53,164 nucleotides of DNA from Alkalispirochaeta sp. (GCA_965242725.1 CBDESZ010000008.1:1-53164), one strand, 5' to 3'. Positions 31,648 through 42,364 are shown, numbered from the stretch's first letter. Notes: generated by a model not told the origin, from the sequence alone. Numbers and translations: made by a program.

Positions 31648-33285
31648 GTGACTGATTCATTACGTAAACCCGGCGTCGTGCGTCCGGCGGGTACCCTGGC
31701 GCTCCTCATTGCGGGAGCGTTGCTGTTTACCCTCGCATTTCCAAACGTCCTCTTTCGGTTCGGGGCGTATCCACTCGCATTTATTGCGCTGATTCCGCCG
31801 GTGCTGGCGATACGACGCATGCGGTGGTGGTCGACGCCGTTCTATGGACTTCTCTATGGATTCATCACCTATGCGCTCTTCAACTACTGGCTGCTGAAGT
31901 TTCATCCCCTCGCGATTTTCATCGTTCCCGTCATATATGCGGTTTATTTCGCCTTTTTCTTTCCCCTGCTGTGGCTGGGAGCGCGGCTGTTCGGGCGGTG
32001 GTCTTTCGCCGTCCAGGCACTGATCTGGCTCGCCTACGAGTGGTTCCGGACACAGGGCTTCCTCGGGTACTCCTACGGTATCATCGGGTACGCCCTCTTT
32101 CCCGCACCGCTGTTGATACAGACTGCAGAACTCGGCGGAGTGTGGATCGTTTCATTTCTGACGGTACTGCCGTCGTTTTTTCTCGGTCAGATCATTCACG
32201 ATCACGAATGGAGTGTACTGCTCCATTGGAGTCGTTTGAAATCGGTGGTGCGATGGCGCCGTCTGGAATTAATCACCTATGGGGTCCTCGTTACCGCGGC
32301 CGTCGTGTGGGGTTTTATCTCGCCGGTGGATTACGAGGACAGCCCGGAATGGGAAGTCGCTCTGATTCAACAGAACATCGATCCCTGGCGGGGCGGTTTC
32401 CCCACGTATCGACGGAGTCTCGATGTCCTCAGGAGGGAGAGTGAGTCTGCAATCGCCGCCCACGATCCCGACGTGGTCGTCTGGTCCGAAACGTCATTTG
32501 TGCCGTCCATCGACTATCACACCCGATATCGAACCGATCAGGAACGATATGAGCTCGTCCGGGAATTGCGGGAGTATCTCAACTCCCGGGATGTACCATT
32601 TATCATCGGAAACAGTGACGGACAGCTTCGCCGCAACAGTGCGGGTGAGTTGAATCGGGTAGATTACAATGCGGTTATAACGTTTAATCAGGACGGTTCC
32701 CTGCAGGATACGTACCGGAAGCTCCATCTCGTACCCTTTACGGAACACTTTCCCTACGAAACGGTCTTTCCCGGGCTCCACCGCCTTCTTGTGGAAAACG
32801 ATACGACCTTCTGGGAAGCGGGAACGGAGTGGACGGTTTTTGAACTGGACGGTATCAGATTCTCGACGCCCATATGTTTCGAGGATACCTTCGGGTACCT
32901 TTCCCGCGGTTTTGTCAGACGCGGCGCGGAAGTGATCGTAAACCTCACCAACGATCTGTGGGCATTTTCCGAGCCCTCGGCGATGCAGCACCTCGGTATG
33001 GCGGTCTTCCGAACCGTTGAAAACAGGCGCAGTATGGTGAGAAGCACCAACGGCGGCATGACCGCAATCATCGATCCCAACGGCAGGATCACCGCCATGT
33101 ATCCGCCGTTCAAGGAAGGATACCTGTATGGCGAGGTTCCGGTATATACGGAAAAGTCGACGCTCTATACGGCGTGGGGTGACTGGCTTGCCTACACATT
33201 TGTCGCCCTGGCGGCGTTCTTCCTCCTGTTCGGCATTGTTCGGGCGTGGGTGCTTCCGTTGATTGACAAAGAAAAGGGCGCATAG
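31648..33285 (+). CDS. lnt: Apolipoprotein N-acyltransferase, paralogue 1
   Basis: Multi-TM; catalytic triad contexts WSETSF, YRKLHLVPFTE and PICFEDTFG; VRSTNGGMTA. Confidence 0.93.
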   Translation: MTDSLRKPGVVRPAGTLALLIAGALLFTLAFPNVLFRFGAYPLAFIALIPPVLAIRRMRWWSTPFYGLLYGFITYALFNYWLLKFHPLAIFIVPVIYAVYFAFFFPLLWLGARLFGRWSFAVQALIWLAYEWFRTQGFLGYSYGIIGYALFPAPLLIQTAELGGVWIVSFLTVLPSFFLGQIIHDHEWSVLLHWSRLKSVVRWRRLELITYGVLVTAAVVWGFISPVDYEDSPEWEVALIQQNIDPWRGGFPTYRRSLDVLRRESESAIAAHDPDVVVWSETSFVPSIDYHTRYRTDQERYELVRELREYLNSRDVPFIIGNSDGQLRRNSAGELNRVDYNAVITFNQDGSLQDTYRKLHLVPFTEHFPYETVFPGLHRLLVENDTTFWEAGTEWTVFELDGIRFSTPICFEDTFGYLSRGFVRRGAEVIVNLTNDLWAFSEPSAMQHLGMAVFRTVENRRSMVRSTNGGMTAIIDPNGRITAMYPPFKEGYLYGEVPVYTEKSTLYTAWGDWLAYTFVALAAFFLLFGIVRAWVLPLIDKEKGA

Positions 33286-33296
33286 GAAAATAACGT

Positions 33297-34040
33297 ATGT
33301 CTCAGCAGACTCCCAAGATCTTATTAGTAGACGACGAGCACATAAATGTTGAATTCTTCAACGTGATGCTGACCCGCCTCGGCTACCAGGTCGTTACCGC
33401 AAATGACGGTGACACGGCACTGGAAATGATTACGGCGGAGCGACCGGATCTCGTTCTTCTCGACAACATTCTGCCCGGGAAAACGGGGTGGGAAATTACC
33501 CGGCTCATTAAACAGGATCCCGAATACAGCGAGTTTTCAGGGACCTCCATTATCATGTTCTCCGCAATGGATGACGTGGAAGACAAGGTTGAGGGTTTTG
33601 AGCTGGGTATAGAGGACTACATCACAAAGCCCTTCAATTTTTCCGAGGTTCTCGCACGCATCCAGGCGGTTCTGCGTCAGCGGGAGCTGTCACGCCAGGT
33701 GTCCAGAAGGGAGCGGCGCCTCGCCCTGGCGGAGTCGTTGAACAACTCCCTGATGTACTTTACCCGCCATATCAAGAATCCGATTCAGCAGCTGCGTGAT
33801 ATGGCATCCAGTCTTGACGCCGGTGACACGGCGCAGGTAAAAGCGCTGGTGGAGAGTATCCTGAAGGAGACGGGGGAGACCCTCGCGACAATTGAAGGCC
33901 TGGAAGAGGAAGTACAGGAGCTTCAGAGCCGTGACGATGAGCTGAAAGCAAATGAGCTCTCCCTGGAAGACCTTGAAAGCAAATTCCGGAAACACGCCGC
34001 GGCGACGCTGCACGGCGTTCAGGTAAAACAGGATGATTAG
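33297..34040 (+). CDS. Response regulator (REC plus helical HisKA-like output, no DNA-binding or ATPase domain)
   Basis: ILLVDDE, LVLLDNILP, MFSA and YITKPF; C-terminal YFTRHIKNPIQQL followed by a coiled coil. Confidence 0.88.
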   Translation: MSQQTPKILLVDDEHINVEFFNVMLTRLGYQVVTANDGDTALEMITAERPDLVLLDNILPGKTGWEITRLIKQDPEYSEFSGTSIIMFSAMDDVEDKVEGFELGIEDYITKPFNFSEVLARIQAVLRQRELSRQVSRRERRLALAESLNNSLMYFTRHIKNPIQQLRDMASSLDAGDTAQVKALVESILKETGETLATIEGLEEEVQELQSRDDELKANELSLEDLESKFRKHAAATLHGVQVKQDD

Positions 34041-34254
34041 TGAAGAGAAGAAACGCGTTCTTGACCTCTTTGCCCGGGGACGGAAACTGTATAAGCTCAT
34101 GCAGTTTGAAGACGCCCGCAAGTATTTTCAGCAGGCCGTTGACATCGATCAGCAGGACGGGCCTTCCAGAGTCTATCTTGAACGGTGCAACCACTACATT
34201 GAATCTCCACCGCCGGAAGACTGGGACGGAGTATTCGTCATGACCACGAAGTAA
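34033..34254 (+). CDS. Small TPR-like protein resembling the C-terminal tail of class III adenylate/guanylate cyclases
   Basis: FARGRKLYKLMQFEDARKYFQQAV..DGPSRVYLERC..YIESPPPEDWDGVFVMTTK; overlaps the regulator stop, AGGA upstream. Confidence 0.75.
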   Translation: MISEEKKRVLDLFARGRKLYKLMQFEDARKYFQQAVDIDQQDGPSRVYLERCNHYIESPPPEDWDGVFVMTTK

Positions 34255-34257
34255 CAG

Positions 34258-34683
34258 ATGGCCTATCATATAGATCCACGATCGATTGAACAGACCGACA
34301 GCAGGCTGGGGCCGGGTACCCGTTTTAACGGTGTCCTTCGTTTTTCAGGCTCCGTTACCGTTGCAGGTGAATATGAAGGGGAGATACAGGCGTCGGGATT
34401 TCTCTATATTCGCGACGGAGCCTCAGTGAAGGCAAACGTACGAGCCCAACGGATCATCATCGGGGGGACCGTTCACGGCAATGTTGAAGCGGTGGAGGAA
34501 GTGGAAATGCTTCCAGGTTGTACCGTCTACGGTAACGTACGATCCGGACGCGTACGCATTGCCGATGGCGTCATATTCGAAGGTCGGTGTGAAATGTTGC
34601 GCAACGCCGAGTCCCTTGATATTTTCTCTGCGCCCCTCGAGCAGTTACGGCGTCAGGCGACACCCGTGCTTGAAACAGAGTGA
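34258..34683 (+). CDS. Bactofilin, second paralogue
   Basis: LGPGTRFNGVLRFSGSVTVAGEYEGEI...IIIGGTVHGNV...IADGVIFEGRCEM. Confidence 0.9.
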   Translation: MAYHIDPRSIEQTDSRLGPGTRFNGVLRFSGSVTVAGEYEGEIQASGFLYIRDGASVKANVRAQRIIIGGTVHGNVEAVEEVEMLPGCTVYGNVRSGRVRIADGVIFEGRCEMLRNAESLDIFSAPLEQLRRQATPVLETE

Positions 34684-34743
34684 CAGGGACCGGAACGGAC
34701 GGCTGACGGTCGCTCACCTTTTTCCGGACTGGGCGAATATAAC

Positions 34744-34772
34744 TTGACATCGGTTGTATTTTGGCGTAGGTT
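34744..34772 (+). promoter_or_regulatory. sigma70-like promoter of rho-rpmE
   Basis: TTGACA(34744-34749)-N17-TAGGTT(34767-34772). Confidence 0.5.
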
Positions 34773-34884
34773 GAAAGCCTGCAATCAATGTACATGCCGC
34801 AATACTTATTCAATACAGCGGGGGATAACGCTGATCGCCGCCGTATACTGTACCCTCAGACCAAATTGGTAGTTGGAGTAATCC

Positions 34885-36456
34885 ATGTCGGATAATAATG
34901 ATAATAGCAAACAGACAGTGACACCCCAGGAAGAAGAGAATCGATCCGAAAACGGTCGGAACGGCGCACGAAAAGGCGGTAAAAGAAAACGCGTTCGCGT
35001 TGCCGTTGTGAAAGAAAACGACGGCAACGGTGAATCCGGCGGCGGTCGGAAAGGCAAGCGAGCGCCTTCCAAAGTGCCGCCGGAGGTGGTCGATCGCCGC
35101 TCCCACGGTGACGACGGAACCGACGGACGCCCCGCAACGGGGCAGCAGGCGTTTTCAATCGATTTCTCCCATTTGAAGGACGACAAGAGCCTCAGCATTA
35201 ACGAACTGACGTTAATGAACATGAAACTACTCCGCGACCTTGCGTCGGACATGGGAATAGCAGGTGAAAATCTCCTTTCTCTGAAAAAGCAGGAAGTCAT
35301 CTTCGCCATCCTGAAAGCTCACACCGAGCGGAACGGGACGATTTTTGCCTACGGTTCTCTGGAGATACTGCCCGACGGATACGGCTTTTTGAGAAGTCCC
35401 CAGAACTCATACCTCTCCGGTCCGGACGACATCTATATTTCTCCCTCTCAGATCCGCCTCTTCAATCTGAAGACGGGAGACACCGTGTACGGTCAGATCC
35501 GTCCGCCCAAGGAAGGGGAGCGCTTTTTTGCCATGCTCCGCGTCGAAAGCGTCAACTTTGACCACCCTTCAGTCGCGCAGACAAGGATTCCCTTTGACAA
35601 CCTGACGCCTCTCTATCCCGATCAGCGTCTCGATATGGAGACACGTTCCGGCGATCCGTCGACGCGACTGATTAACCTCTTCAGTCCCATTGGAAAGGGG
35701 CAGCGGGGTTTGATCGTATCACCGCCGAGGACGGGAAAAACTATCTTTCTGCAAAAGATCGCCAACGCCATAACGGAAAACCATCCGGAAGTATACCTTA
35801 TCGTGCTTCTCATCGATGAACGGCCGGAAGAGGTGACCGACATGGAACGGAACGTCAAGGCGGAGGTTATCGCCTCCACCTTTGACGAGCAGGCCCAGCG
35901 GCACGTTCAGGTTGCGGAAATGGTTCTAGAGAAGAGCCGGCGCCTGGTGGAGCACAAGAAAGACGTGGTGATTCTCCTTGATTCCATCACCCGCCTTGCC
36001 CGGGCCTATAACCAGACCGTACCGACCTCGGGCAAGATCCTTTCCGGCGGTGTCGACTCCAACGCGCTGCACAAGCCGAAACGGTTCTTCGGTGCAGCCC
36101 GAAACATCGAGGACGGCGGAAGTCTCACCATCGTGGCGACCGCGTTGATCGAGACGGGAAGCCGCATGGACGAGGTGATCTTTGAGGAGTTCAAAGGTAC
36201 CGGTAATATGGAAATCAACCTGGATCGCCGTCTGTCGGACAGACGAATTTTTCCGGCGATCAACATCAAGAAGTCCGGCACCCGTCGGGAAGACCTTCTC
36301 CTCACCGACGAAGAGCTGCGGAAGATGTGGGTCCTCCGGAAGGTGGTGAACCCCATGGACGACGTGGAAGTGATTGAACTGTTGATTGACAAGATGGGCA
36401 AAACCAAGAATAATGCCGAGTTCTTGCAGTCTATGAATACAACGGGGTCTGAATGA
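34885..36456 (+). CDS. rho: Transcription termination factor Rho with N-terminal extension
   Basis: [55 protein letters not shown] and [12 protein letters not shown]. Confidence 0.98.
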   Translation: MSDNNDNSKQTVTPQEEENRSENGRNGARKGGKRKRVRVAVVKENDGNGESGGGRKGKRAPSKVPPEVVDRRSHGDDGTDGRPATGQQAFSIDFSHLKDDKSLSINELTLMNMKLLRDLASDMGIAGENLLSLKKQEVIFAILKAHTERNGTIFAYGSLEILPDGYGFLRSPQNSYLSGPDDIYISPSQIRLFNLKTGDTVYGQIRPPKEGERFFAMLRVESVNFDHPSVAQTRIPFDNLTPLYPDQRLDMETRSGDPSTRLINLFSPIGKGQRGLIVSPPRTGKTIFLQKIANAITENHPEVYLIVLLIDERPEEVTDMERNVKAEVIASTFDEQAQRHVQVAEMVLEKSRRLVEHKKDVVILLDSITRLARAYNQTVPTSGKILSGGVDSNALHKPKRFFGAARNIEDGGSLTIVATALIETGSRMDEVIFEEFKGTGNMEINLDRRLSDRRIFPAINIKKSGTRREDLLLTDEELRKMWVLRKVVNPMDDVEVIELLIDKMGKTKNNAEFLQSMNTTGSE

Positions 36457-36470
36457 CCGTGGAGGAAGAT

Positions 36471-36716
36471 ATGAGAGACATACACCCAGAGTACCGGCCG
36501 GTCGTCTTCCGTGATACCGCCAGTGGAACGATGTTTCTGACACGGAGCACCGTGCAGACAAAAGAGACGGTCAAATATGAAGACGGGAACGAATACCCCC
36601 TCTTCGATGTGGAAATTTCCAGTGCTTCCCACCCGTTTTATACGGGCAAACAGAAGCTTGTGGATACTGCAGGCCGGGTAGAGCGATTCCGCCGAAAGTA
36701 CAACATCAAGGAGTAA
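36471..36716 (+). CDS. rpmE2: 50S ribosomal protein L31 type B (Cys-free)
   Basis: [15 protein letters not shown]...[35 protein letters not shown] then ATG 36471. Confidence 0.95.
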   Translation: MRDIHPEYRPVVFRDTASGTMFLTRSTVQTKETVKYEDGNEYPLFDVEISSASHPFYTGKQKLVDTAGRVERFRRKYNIKE

Positions 36717-36729
36717 TCTCCGCGCAGGA

Positions 36730-36777
36730 GGGCGTCTTTCCGGGAGCATCCCGCATCCGGAAGGGCGCCTTTTTTTT
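36730..36777 (+). terminator. Intrinsic terminator after rpmE2
   Basis: GGGCGTCTTTCCGG-loop-CCGGAAGGGCGCC followed by T8. Confidence 0.85.
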
Positions 36778-38404
36778 ATCCGATGATTGTGCGGTCGTTT
36801 CGGCGGCGATAGAGACGCCAGACGACGACCATGGTCAGCCCCACCGACAGGATACCGAACCAGTCCCCCCAGCTGCGATAGAGCGTCCACGACTCACCGT
36901 AGAGCGGAACCGAGACGACCGAAGAGGTGCCCACAAACATCGGGAGTTCCTCAACCAGCGTCCCTCTCGCATCAATGACACCTGACAGCCCGCTGTTCGT
37001 TCCGCGTACAAGGGTCGTGCGCAGCTCAATAGTCCGAAGCCGCGCAGCGGCGAAGTGCTGTGTCTGTGCCGACTCCTGGCGGCTCCAGGAGTTATTTGTC
37101 AGATTGACAAGTACTTCAGCTCCGTTCCGTACCATCTCCCTGGGAACCCAACCGAAGGCATCTTCAAAACAGATAGGCGTGCCGATCGTGATCTCCCGAC
37201 CCCGTGAAAGCGGCAGCGCAAGAACCCGGCTCTCCTTCCCGGGCACCCACGTCCCCGAGAGGCCGACGACGCTCCTGAAAAATTTCTGCACAAGGGGCAC
37301 GTCCCAGAACGGAATGTTTTCCGCAAATGGGACGAGCTGCTGTTTTCCGTAGCTTCCCGTGATGGTGCCGTCGGGCCGAATGACGACTGCGCTGTTCGTG
37401 TAGTCCTGCGTCCCCGGTACGGGTTGAGCCGTTCCCGTGACGAGGGGCGTATCCAGGAGGCGCAGAAAGTAGTGGAAGGGGAGACCGTCAGGTTCGCGGA
37501 GGTAATAATCTTCGCCGGGGGAGTAGGGAACCCGGAGACTCGTCTCGCTCCATATGATTGCCTCCGGGCGCGGCGAGTCGCCGTCGGTCATCCCCTCGAT
37601 TGTGAGCTCCTGCGCCCGTCCGAGGGCGTCGGCAAACCGTCCGGGATGCCAGCTGTCGACGTTCTGTTGGACAAGCAGGAGATTGATGGAACGCTCTGCT
37701 TCAATCGCGGGCAGCCGGACGAGACCGAAAAATGCGGCCACGGCGAGAAACGCTGCGCCGGCGAGTATATGCACGGATGCTCCCGGTATCGTTTTCCCCG
37801 GGCGATTGACGGTAAACCGCTGTGTCTTCGGGAAAAAAACGATCACTTCCGCGATCGCCGCGTTCATATAGGCGCCGATGAAGGAGAGGCCCCATGGACC
37901 GGTGATTTCCGCCAACTGGGCTACCGGTCCGAGGAACGATACGGGGTAGGCTACAAGGCCCCAGGGATAGCCGAGAAATCCGACGGATTTCAAATACTCA
38001 TATCCCGTCCACGCGACGGCGATGAGAACGGGCCGAAAGGTGGGCGGCGGCTCATCATACAGCTCCGATGCGAGCCTCCCGTGCCGGGACTCCCGATGCA
38101 TAAGAAAGTGGAGGTAGCCGAAGAGGATGTAATTGAATCCCGTATATGCAACGACGGTGCCGCCGATCGTCCAGATGGAAAACTCCCCAAAGAAGGCGAG
38201 CCAGTAATTGGAAATCAACGTGCTTACCCCGCCGAACAGGGCGCCGAGACGGGAAGCCGCTATCCGTGACGACGCACGATGGATCGCGAGGAAGGCGGGA
38301 ACGAGAGCCGCCAGCCCAAGAACACCGAGGCCGAAGGGGAAGAGCTCGTTCGGCAATGAAAGAGACAGAAGCACCGACGAAAAGAGAACCAGTAATACCT
38401 GCAC
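36776..38404 (-). CDS. lnt: Apolipoprotein N-acyltransferase, paralogue 2
   Basis: [26 protein letters not shown] and [10 protein letters not shown]. The likely start is GTG 38404 (track start 38488 would overlap surE). Confidence 0.92.
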   Translation of the reverse strand: MQVLLVLFSSVLLSLSLPNELFPFGLGVLGLAALVPAFLAIHRASSRIAASRLGALFGGVSTLISNYWLAFFGEFSIWTIGGTVVAYTGFNYILFGYLHFLMHRESRHGRLASELYDEPPPTFRPVLIAVAWTGYEYLKSVGFLGYPWGLVAYPVSFLGPVAQLAEITGPWGLSFIGAYMNAAIAEVIVFFPKTQRFTVNRPGKTIPGASVHILAGAAFLAVAAFFGLVRLPAIEAERSINLLLVQQNVDSWHPGRFADALGRAQELTIEGMTDGDSPRPEAIIWSETSLRVPYSPGEDYYLREPDGLPFHYFLRLLDTPLVTGTAQPVPGTQDYTNSAVVIRPDGTITGSYGKQQLVPFAENIPFWDVPLVQKFFRSVVGLSGTWVPGKESRVLALPLSRGREITIGTPICFEDAFGWVPREMVRNGAEVLVNLTNNSWSRQESAQTQHFAAARLRTIELRTTLVRGTNSGLSGVIDARGTLVEELPMFVGTSSVVSVPLYGESWTLYRSWGDWFGILSVGLTMVVVWRLYRRRNDRTIIG

Positions 38405-38410
38405 GGGGGG

Positions 38411-38461
38411 ATGATATAGACAATCGCCACCTTTGACACGGGGGTACGGCGGTGCTACAGT
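38411..38461. promoter_or_regulatory. Back-to-back overlapping sigma70-like promoters for lnt2 and surE
   Basis: Plus strand: TTGACA(38433)-N17-TACAGT(38456) with TG, then 7 nt, then GTG 38469. Minus strand: GTGTCA(38439-38434)-N17-TATCAT(38416-38411), then 6 nt, then GTG 38404. Confidence 0.6.
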
Positions 38462-38468
38462 CCTCTGT

Positions 38469-39215
38469 GTGACGATTCTACTAACCAATGACGACGGTAT
38501 ATACAGCCCCGGACTGGAAGCGCTGCTTGATGTCTTTTCCGCCGATCACGACGTATGGGTCCTTGCACCGGACGGAGAGCGAAGCGGCTTTTCCAACAGT
38601 ATTACCATTTCCGAGCCGATACGGTGTACAAAAATCGACGAGAAGAAGTTTGCCTCCAGTGGAACACCCGCCGATTGCGTCATCCTCGGTACCCGCGGCG
38701 CGATTCCGGTGATGCCCGATCTCGTCATTTCCGGCATCAATATCGGTCCCAACCTCGGTTCCGATATCGTCTATTCAGGGACGTGTGCCGGCGCACGGCA
38801 GGCGGCATATCGGGAAATTCCCGGCATCGCCATCTCCCTCAACTCATTTGCGCCTCCCTTTTATTTTGAGCCCGTTGCCCGTTATGTCTTTGACAACCTT
38901 GACGAGATCGTAGGACTCTGGAACGCAGATCATTTTATCAACGTCAATGCTCCCAACCTTCGGAATCCGAAGGGGGTTGAAATCACCACACCTGCGATGC
39001 GGCGGTACGACGACGTCTTGCTGCCCTTTGAACCTCCCCGGGGCGGAACCTATTACTTTGTCGACGGCAAACCGACAAAGACCGTTCTGGAAGCGGGAAC
39101 GGATTGGCATGCCGTTGAAATGGGAAATATCTCCGTCAGTCCCATCATGTTGAATCCGGTGAACCACGCCGTTGAAGAACACTATCGCACCGCACAGTTG
39201 GTGCATTACAAGTAG
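38469..39215 (+). CDS. surE: 5'/3'-nucleotidase SurE
   Basis: ILLTNDDGIYSPG, SGTPADCV and ISGINIGPNLGSDIVYSGT; start GTG 38469. Confidence 0.95.
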   Translation: MTILLTNDDGIYSPGLEALLDVFSADHDVWVLAPDGERSGFSNSITISEPIRCTKIDEKKFASSGTPADCVILGTRGAIPVMPDLVISGINIGPNLGSDIVYSGTCAGARQAAYREIPGIAISLNSFAPPFYFEPVARYVFDNLDEIVGLWNADHFINVNAPNLRNPKGVEITTPAMRRYDDVLLPFEPPRGGTYYFVDGKPTKTVLEAGTDWHAVEMGNISVSPIMLNPVNHAVEEHYRTAQLVHYK

Positions 39216-39221
39216 CGGACC

Positions 39222-39890
39222 ATGAATAAAGGGATTCGTCTTTACCGCCAGAAAAACTACCGGAAAGCTCTTGAGGTCTTCCTCGAGGTCCACGTTGAAG
39301 ACGCGGAACAGGCGACACTGAGTTACTATATCGGTCTCTGTTACGCCCATCTGGACAAACATGATGAGGCGCTTCTCTATCTGGAGCAGGTGGTCAACTC
39401 GGACATCGGATTTCTCCACATTTATCAAAGCCGGATGATTATCGGGTATATTTACGCGGTGAGCGGTCGTTATCGTCTGGCGGAATTTGAATTGAACCGT
39501 CTTCTTGAGGACGGATACGAGTCCGCCAAGGTCTACGCGGCGCTGGCGTATGCGGTCTATGCCCAGGGCAAGACGGCCCCTGCCGTCTCTTATCTTGAAA
39601 AGGCTCTGGCCATCGATCCCGACAACGCCAACGCCCACAACTCACTTGGCTTCATCCTGGGCGAAAACAACATACAGCTGGACGTCGCACTGCAACACTG
39701 CCGCGCCGCTCTGGCGCGATATCCGGACAACGCCGCCTATCTCGACTCTTTTGCCCTTGTTCAGCGACGCATGGGAAACCTCCAGCGCGCCAAGGAGCTG
39801 TATGAGCGGGCGGTCCGCCTCTCCAAAGGGAATGCCGAAATTGTCGCCCATTATCGGGAGCTCCTCAGCGCCGCGGGGGTGCAGCAATGA
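39222..39890 (+). CDS. Tetratricopeptide repeat protein
   Basis: YYIGLCYAHL, YLEKALAIDPDNANAHNSLGFIL and YPDNAAYLDS. Confidence 0.88.
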   Translation: MNKGIRLYRQKNYRKALEVFLEVHVEDAEQATLSYYIGLCYAHLDKHDEALLYLEQVVNSDIGFLHIYQSRMIIGYIYAVSGRYRLAEFELNRLLEDGYESAKVYAALAYAVYAQGKTAPAVSYLEKALAIDPDNANAHNSLGFILGENNIQLDVALQHCRAALARYPDNAAYLDSFALVQRRMGNLQRAKELYERAVRLSKGNAEIVAHYRELLSAAGVQQ

Positions 39891-42005
39891 GCGGAACGGT
39901 GAATCGGGGCGGCGCAACCGGAGCCGGAGCGGCTGGAATCGTCGTTGTTGCGCTGATTCTGGCGCTTTTCGTCGGTATGCTTCTACCGGCGCAGCAGATC
40001 GATATGTCCGTGGCGGAAGCGGCGGAGGAGTTTCGATGGGGGGTGTACGCGTTTCACGCCGGTCGTTATAACGATGCCATCGTCGCCTTCAGCCGCGCCC
40101 TGGCGTTGCAGCCCGATGACTATCGCGTCAGGGAGTGGCTGGGGCGCGCCTATTTTCAAAGCGGTTTTGAAGATGCCGCCATCGGCGAGTGGGAAATCAT
40201 CGCGGACAGCGACGCGGCAAAGGCGTATCTCCTCTCAAAAATCGAGATGCTCCGGTATCGCCGGGGAACGCTGCCCCTTCTGGAAGAGGACCTCGATTTC
40301 AGCCGCTCCCAGCGCATACCCGGCGTACGAAACGGCAACACCTTCTTTCGACGGCCCGGGGGGATCGCCGCGGAACCGCGGGGCGACATCTTTGTCGCCT
40401 CTCTGGGAACCAATGAAATTGTACGTATCACCCCCAACGGCCGGATCAGAACGCGGTTGCAGGGTGGTCTGGAAGGGCTGGACCGGCCATTTGACGTCGC
40501 CTGGGCCGATCAGAGGGTGTACGTTACGGAGTTCGGGCGGGACCGCATATCCGTATTCCACGAGGACGGAGACCGTCTCATGACGATAGGCGGTTCCGGC
40601 CTGGGTGAAGGTGAGCTCCTCGGCCCGCAGTACATCGCGGTGGACGGCGGCTTTATATACGTCACGGAGTGGGGGAACCGTCGGGTCAGCAAATTTGACG
40701 GCGACGGTAATTTCATTCTGAGTTTCGGTGAGGGCGACACATTCTTTCCCGGATTTTCAAAGCCGACGGGAATCGCCGTCGACGGCGATGATGTATACGT
40801 TGTCGACACCGTCGACGAGAGTGCCGTTGTCCACCATTTCGACGGAAGCGGGAATTACATACGTCCCATCGCGCTCCCGTTGAACGGAAGCGATGCGCCG
40901 GAACACGGATTAACGGGAAACATCGTCGAAGATCTTGGATGGTATGATGATACCCACCTCATGGTGACCGCCGGCAGACGGATCCTGCTCTTTCATCCCG
41001 AACGGGAGGAGGTGGTCGCCTCCTTCAGCGATGAGGAACGGATGCGCATCGGTTCGGCGGTGCGTGATGCCAACAGGCGTGTTGTGGTCAGCGATTTCGA
41101 CGCAGATGATATCGCCCTCTTTGAGCCGGAAGGATCGCTCTACGCAGGACTGGATGTACGGGTGGAGCGGATAATATCCCGTGAGTTTCCCCAGATTGGG
41201 GTGCTTGTCTCCATACATGACCGTGACGGGCGGCCCCTGGTCGGACTGGAAGCGCAGAATTTCATCATTTCCGAGAATTCCCGTCCGGTGAACGATATTC
41301 AAATCGAATCCACCGGAACGAGCGTTACCACGCTGAACACCGTAGCCGTCGTCCAGGCGCGTCCGGGACAGCGATATCGTTCAGATGCCGCCCGGGGAGT
41401 CCTTGATCTTGCGGAAGCACTGCCGGAGGGAGAGCAGCTCTCCGTATATGTGGCGGCGGAGGAACCGGTGCTGGTAGCCCGGCGACCGGCACAGCCGCGT
41501 CTTTTTGCCGAACGAACGAGCCAGGAGCTGACGCGGCACGAAGAGGTATACAACCGAGGCAACGCGGCTCTGGACCGGGCGTTGCGTCTGGCCGCTTCAA
41601 GTCTCGTCGAGGGGGGGCTTGCGGCGGAACATCGTCCTTATAGGTGACGGTCGTGTCGCAGATACCGCCTTTGACCGGCACAACCTTGAAGAAGTGGCGG
41701 CGTTTCTCGTGAACAACGGCATCCATCTCCACGTGGTTCAACTTGAACAGCGCAGTCCCGATGGAGAGATCCGGTTTCTCGTGGAGCGCACGGGCGGATC
41801 GATTCGATACTTGTATGAGCCGGAAGGAATCAATCCTCTGGTCACCGCATTCAGAAATACTCCCGCCGGCCGCTATTGGCTGACCTACCGCTCCACCGCA
41901 AATCCCGACTTCGGCCGTGCCTATATCGGCCTCTCGGTGGAAGCGGAGCTCTTTGTCCGCAGTGGTCGGGACGAAATCGGCTTCTTTCCTCCCGCTGAAC
42001 AGTGA
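39887..42005 (+). CDS. TPR + NHL beta-propeller + vWA-like protein (BB0236/TP0421-like flagellar collar candidate); apparent frameshift in G run ~41612
   Basis: TM/signal, TPR (AAEEFRWGV..YNDAI), NHL repeats (GELLGPQYIAVD..IYVTEWGNRRVSKFD), FPQIGVLVSIHDRDGRPLVGL and RRNIVLIGDG. The orthology call rests on recalled architecture and the lnt/surE neighbourhood. Confidence 0.75.
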
Positions 42006-42038
42006 CGTTTTCAAAAAAAACGAATAAATTCTAACCGC

Positions 42039-42359
42039 ATGAGTGATTCGAACGTACCAGGTGGTCGTGGACAACTGCAGGAAAAGACGAAACGCAAGGT
42101 ACAGGAACCGAAGAAGTACAAAGTGGTGTTGCACAACGACGACTATACAACCATGGAATTTGTCGTTGAAGTGTTGAAAAAGATATTTCGGAAGTCGCCC
42201 GTTGAGGCCCATGCGATAATGCTCAACGTCCACAAAAAAGGGCGCGGCATCGTCGGGTTGTATCCCTACGATATCGGTGCGACGAAAGTAGAACAGGTGC
42301 GGTCAATGGCAAAGAAAAACGGCTATCCATTGAAGTGCACCCTTGAGGAGGCGTCGTAG
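42039..42359 (+). CDS. clpS: ATP-dependent Clp protease adaptor ClpS
   Basis: YKVVLHNDDYTTMEFVVEVL, IMLNVHKKG and GYPLKCTLE. Confidence 0.96.
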   Translation: MSDSNVPGGRGQLQEKTKRKVQEPKKYKVVLHNDDYTTMEFVVEVLKKIFRKSPVEAHAIMLNVHKKGRGIVGLYPYDIGATKVEQVRSMAKKNGYPLKCTLEEAS

Positions 42360-42364
42360 AATCG

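Noticed and set aside
31581..31655. 24-codon ORF bridging hup and lnt (TGATG start)
   Set aside because: Short, with no recognisable motif; it cannot be supported without conservation data.
33263..33296. Internal promoter TTGACA-N17-GAAAAT before the response regulator
   Set aside because: The -35 is perfect but the -10 lacks the first T and overlaps a possible Shine-Dalgarno; too ambiguous to call.
34684..34884. Possible ncRNA or riboswitch in the 200-nt gap before rho
   Set aside because: Only a promoter and short weak hairpins are visible; I recognised no known RNA family motif.
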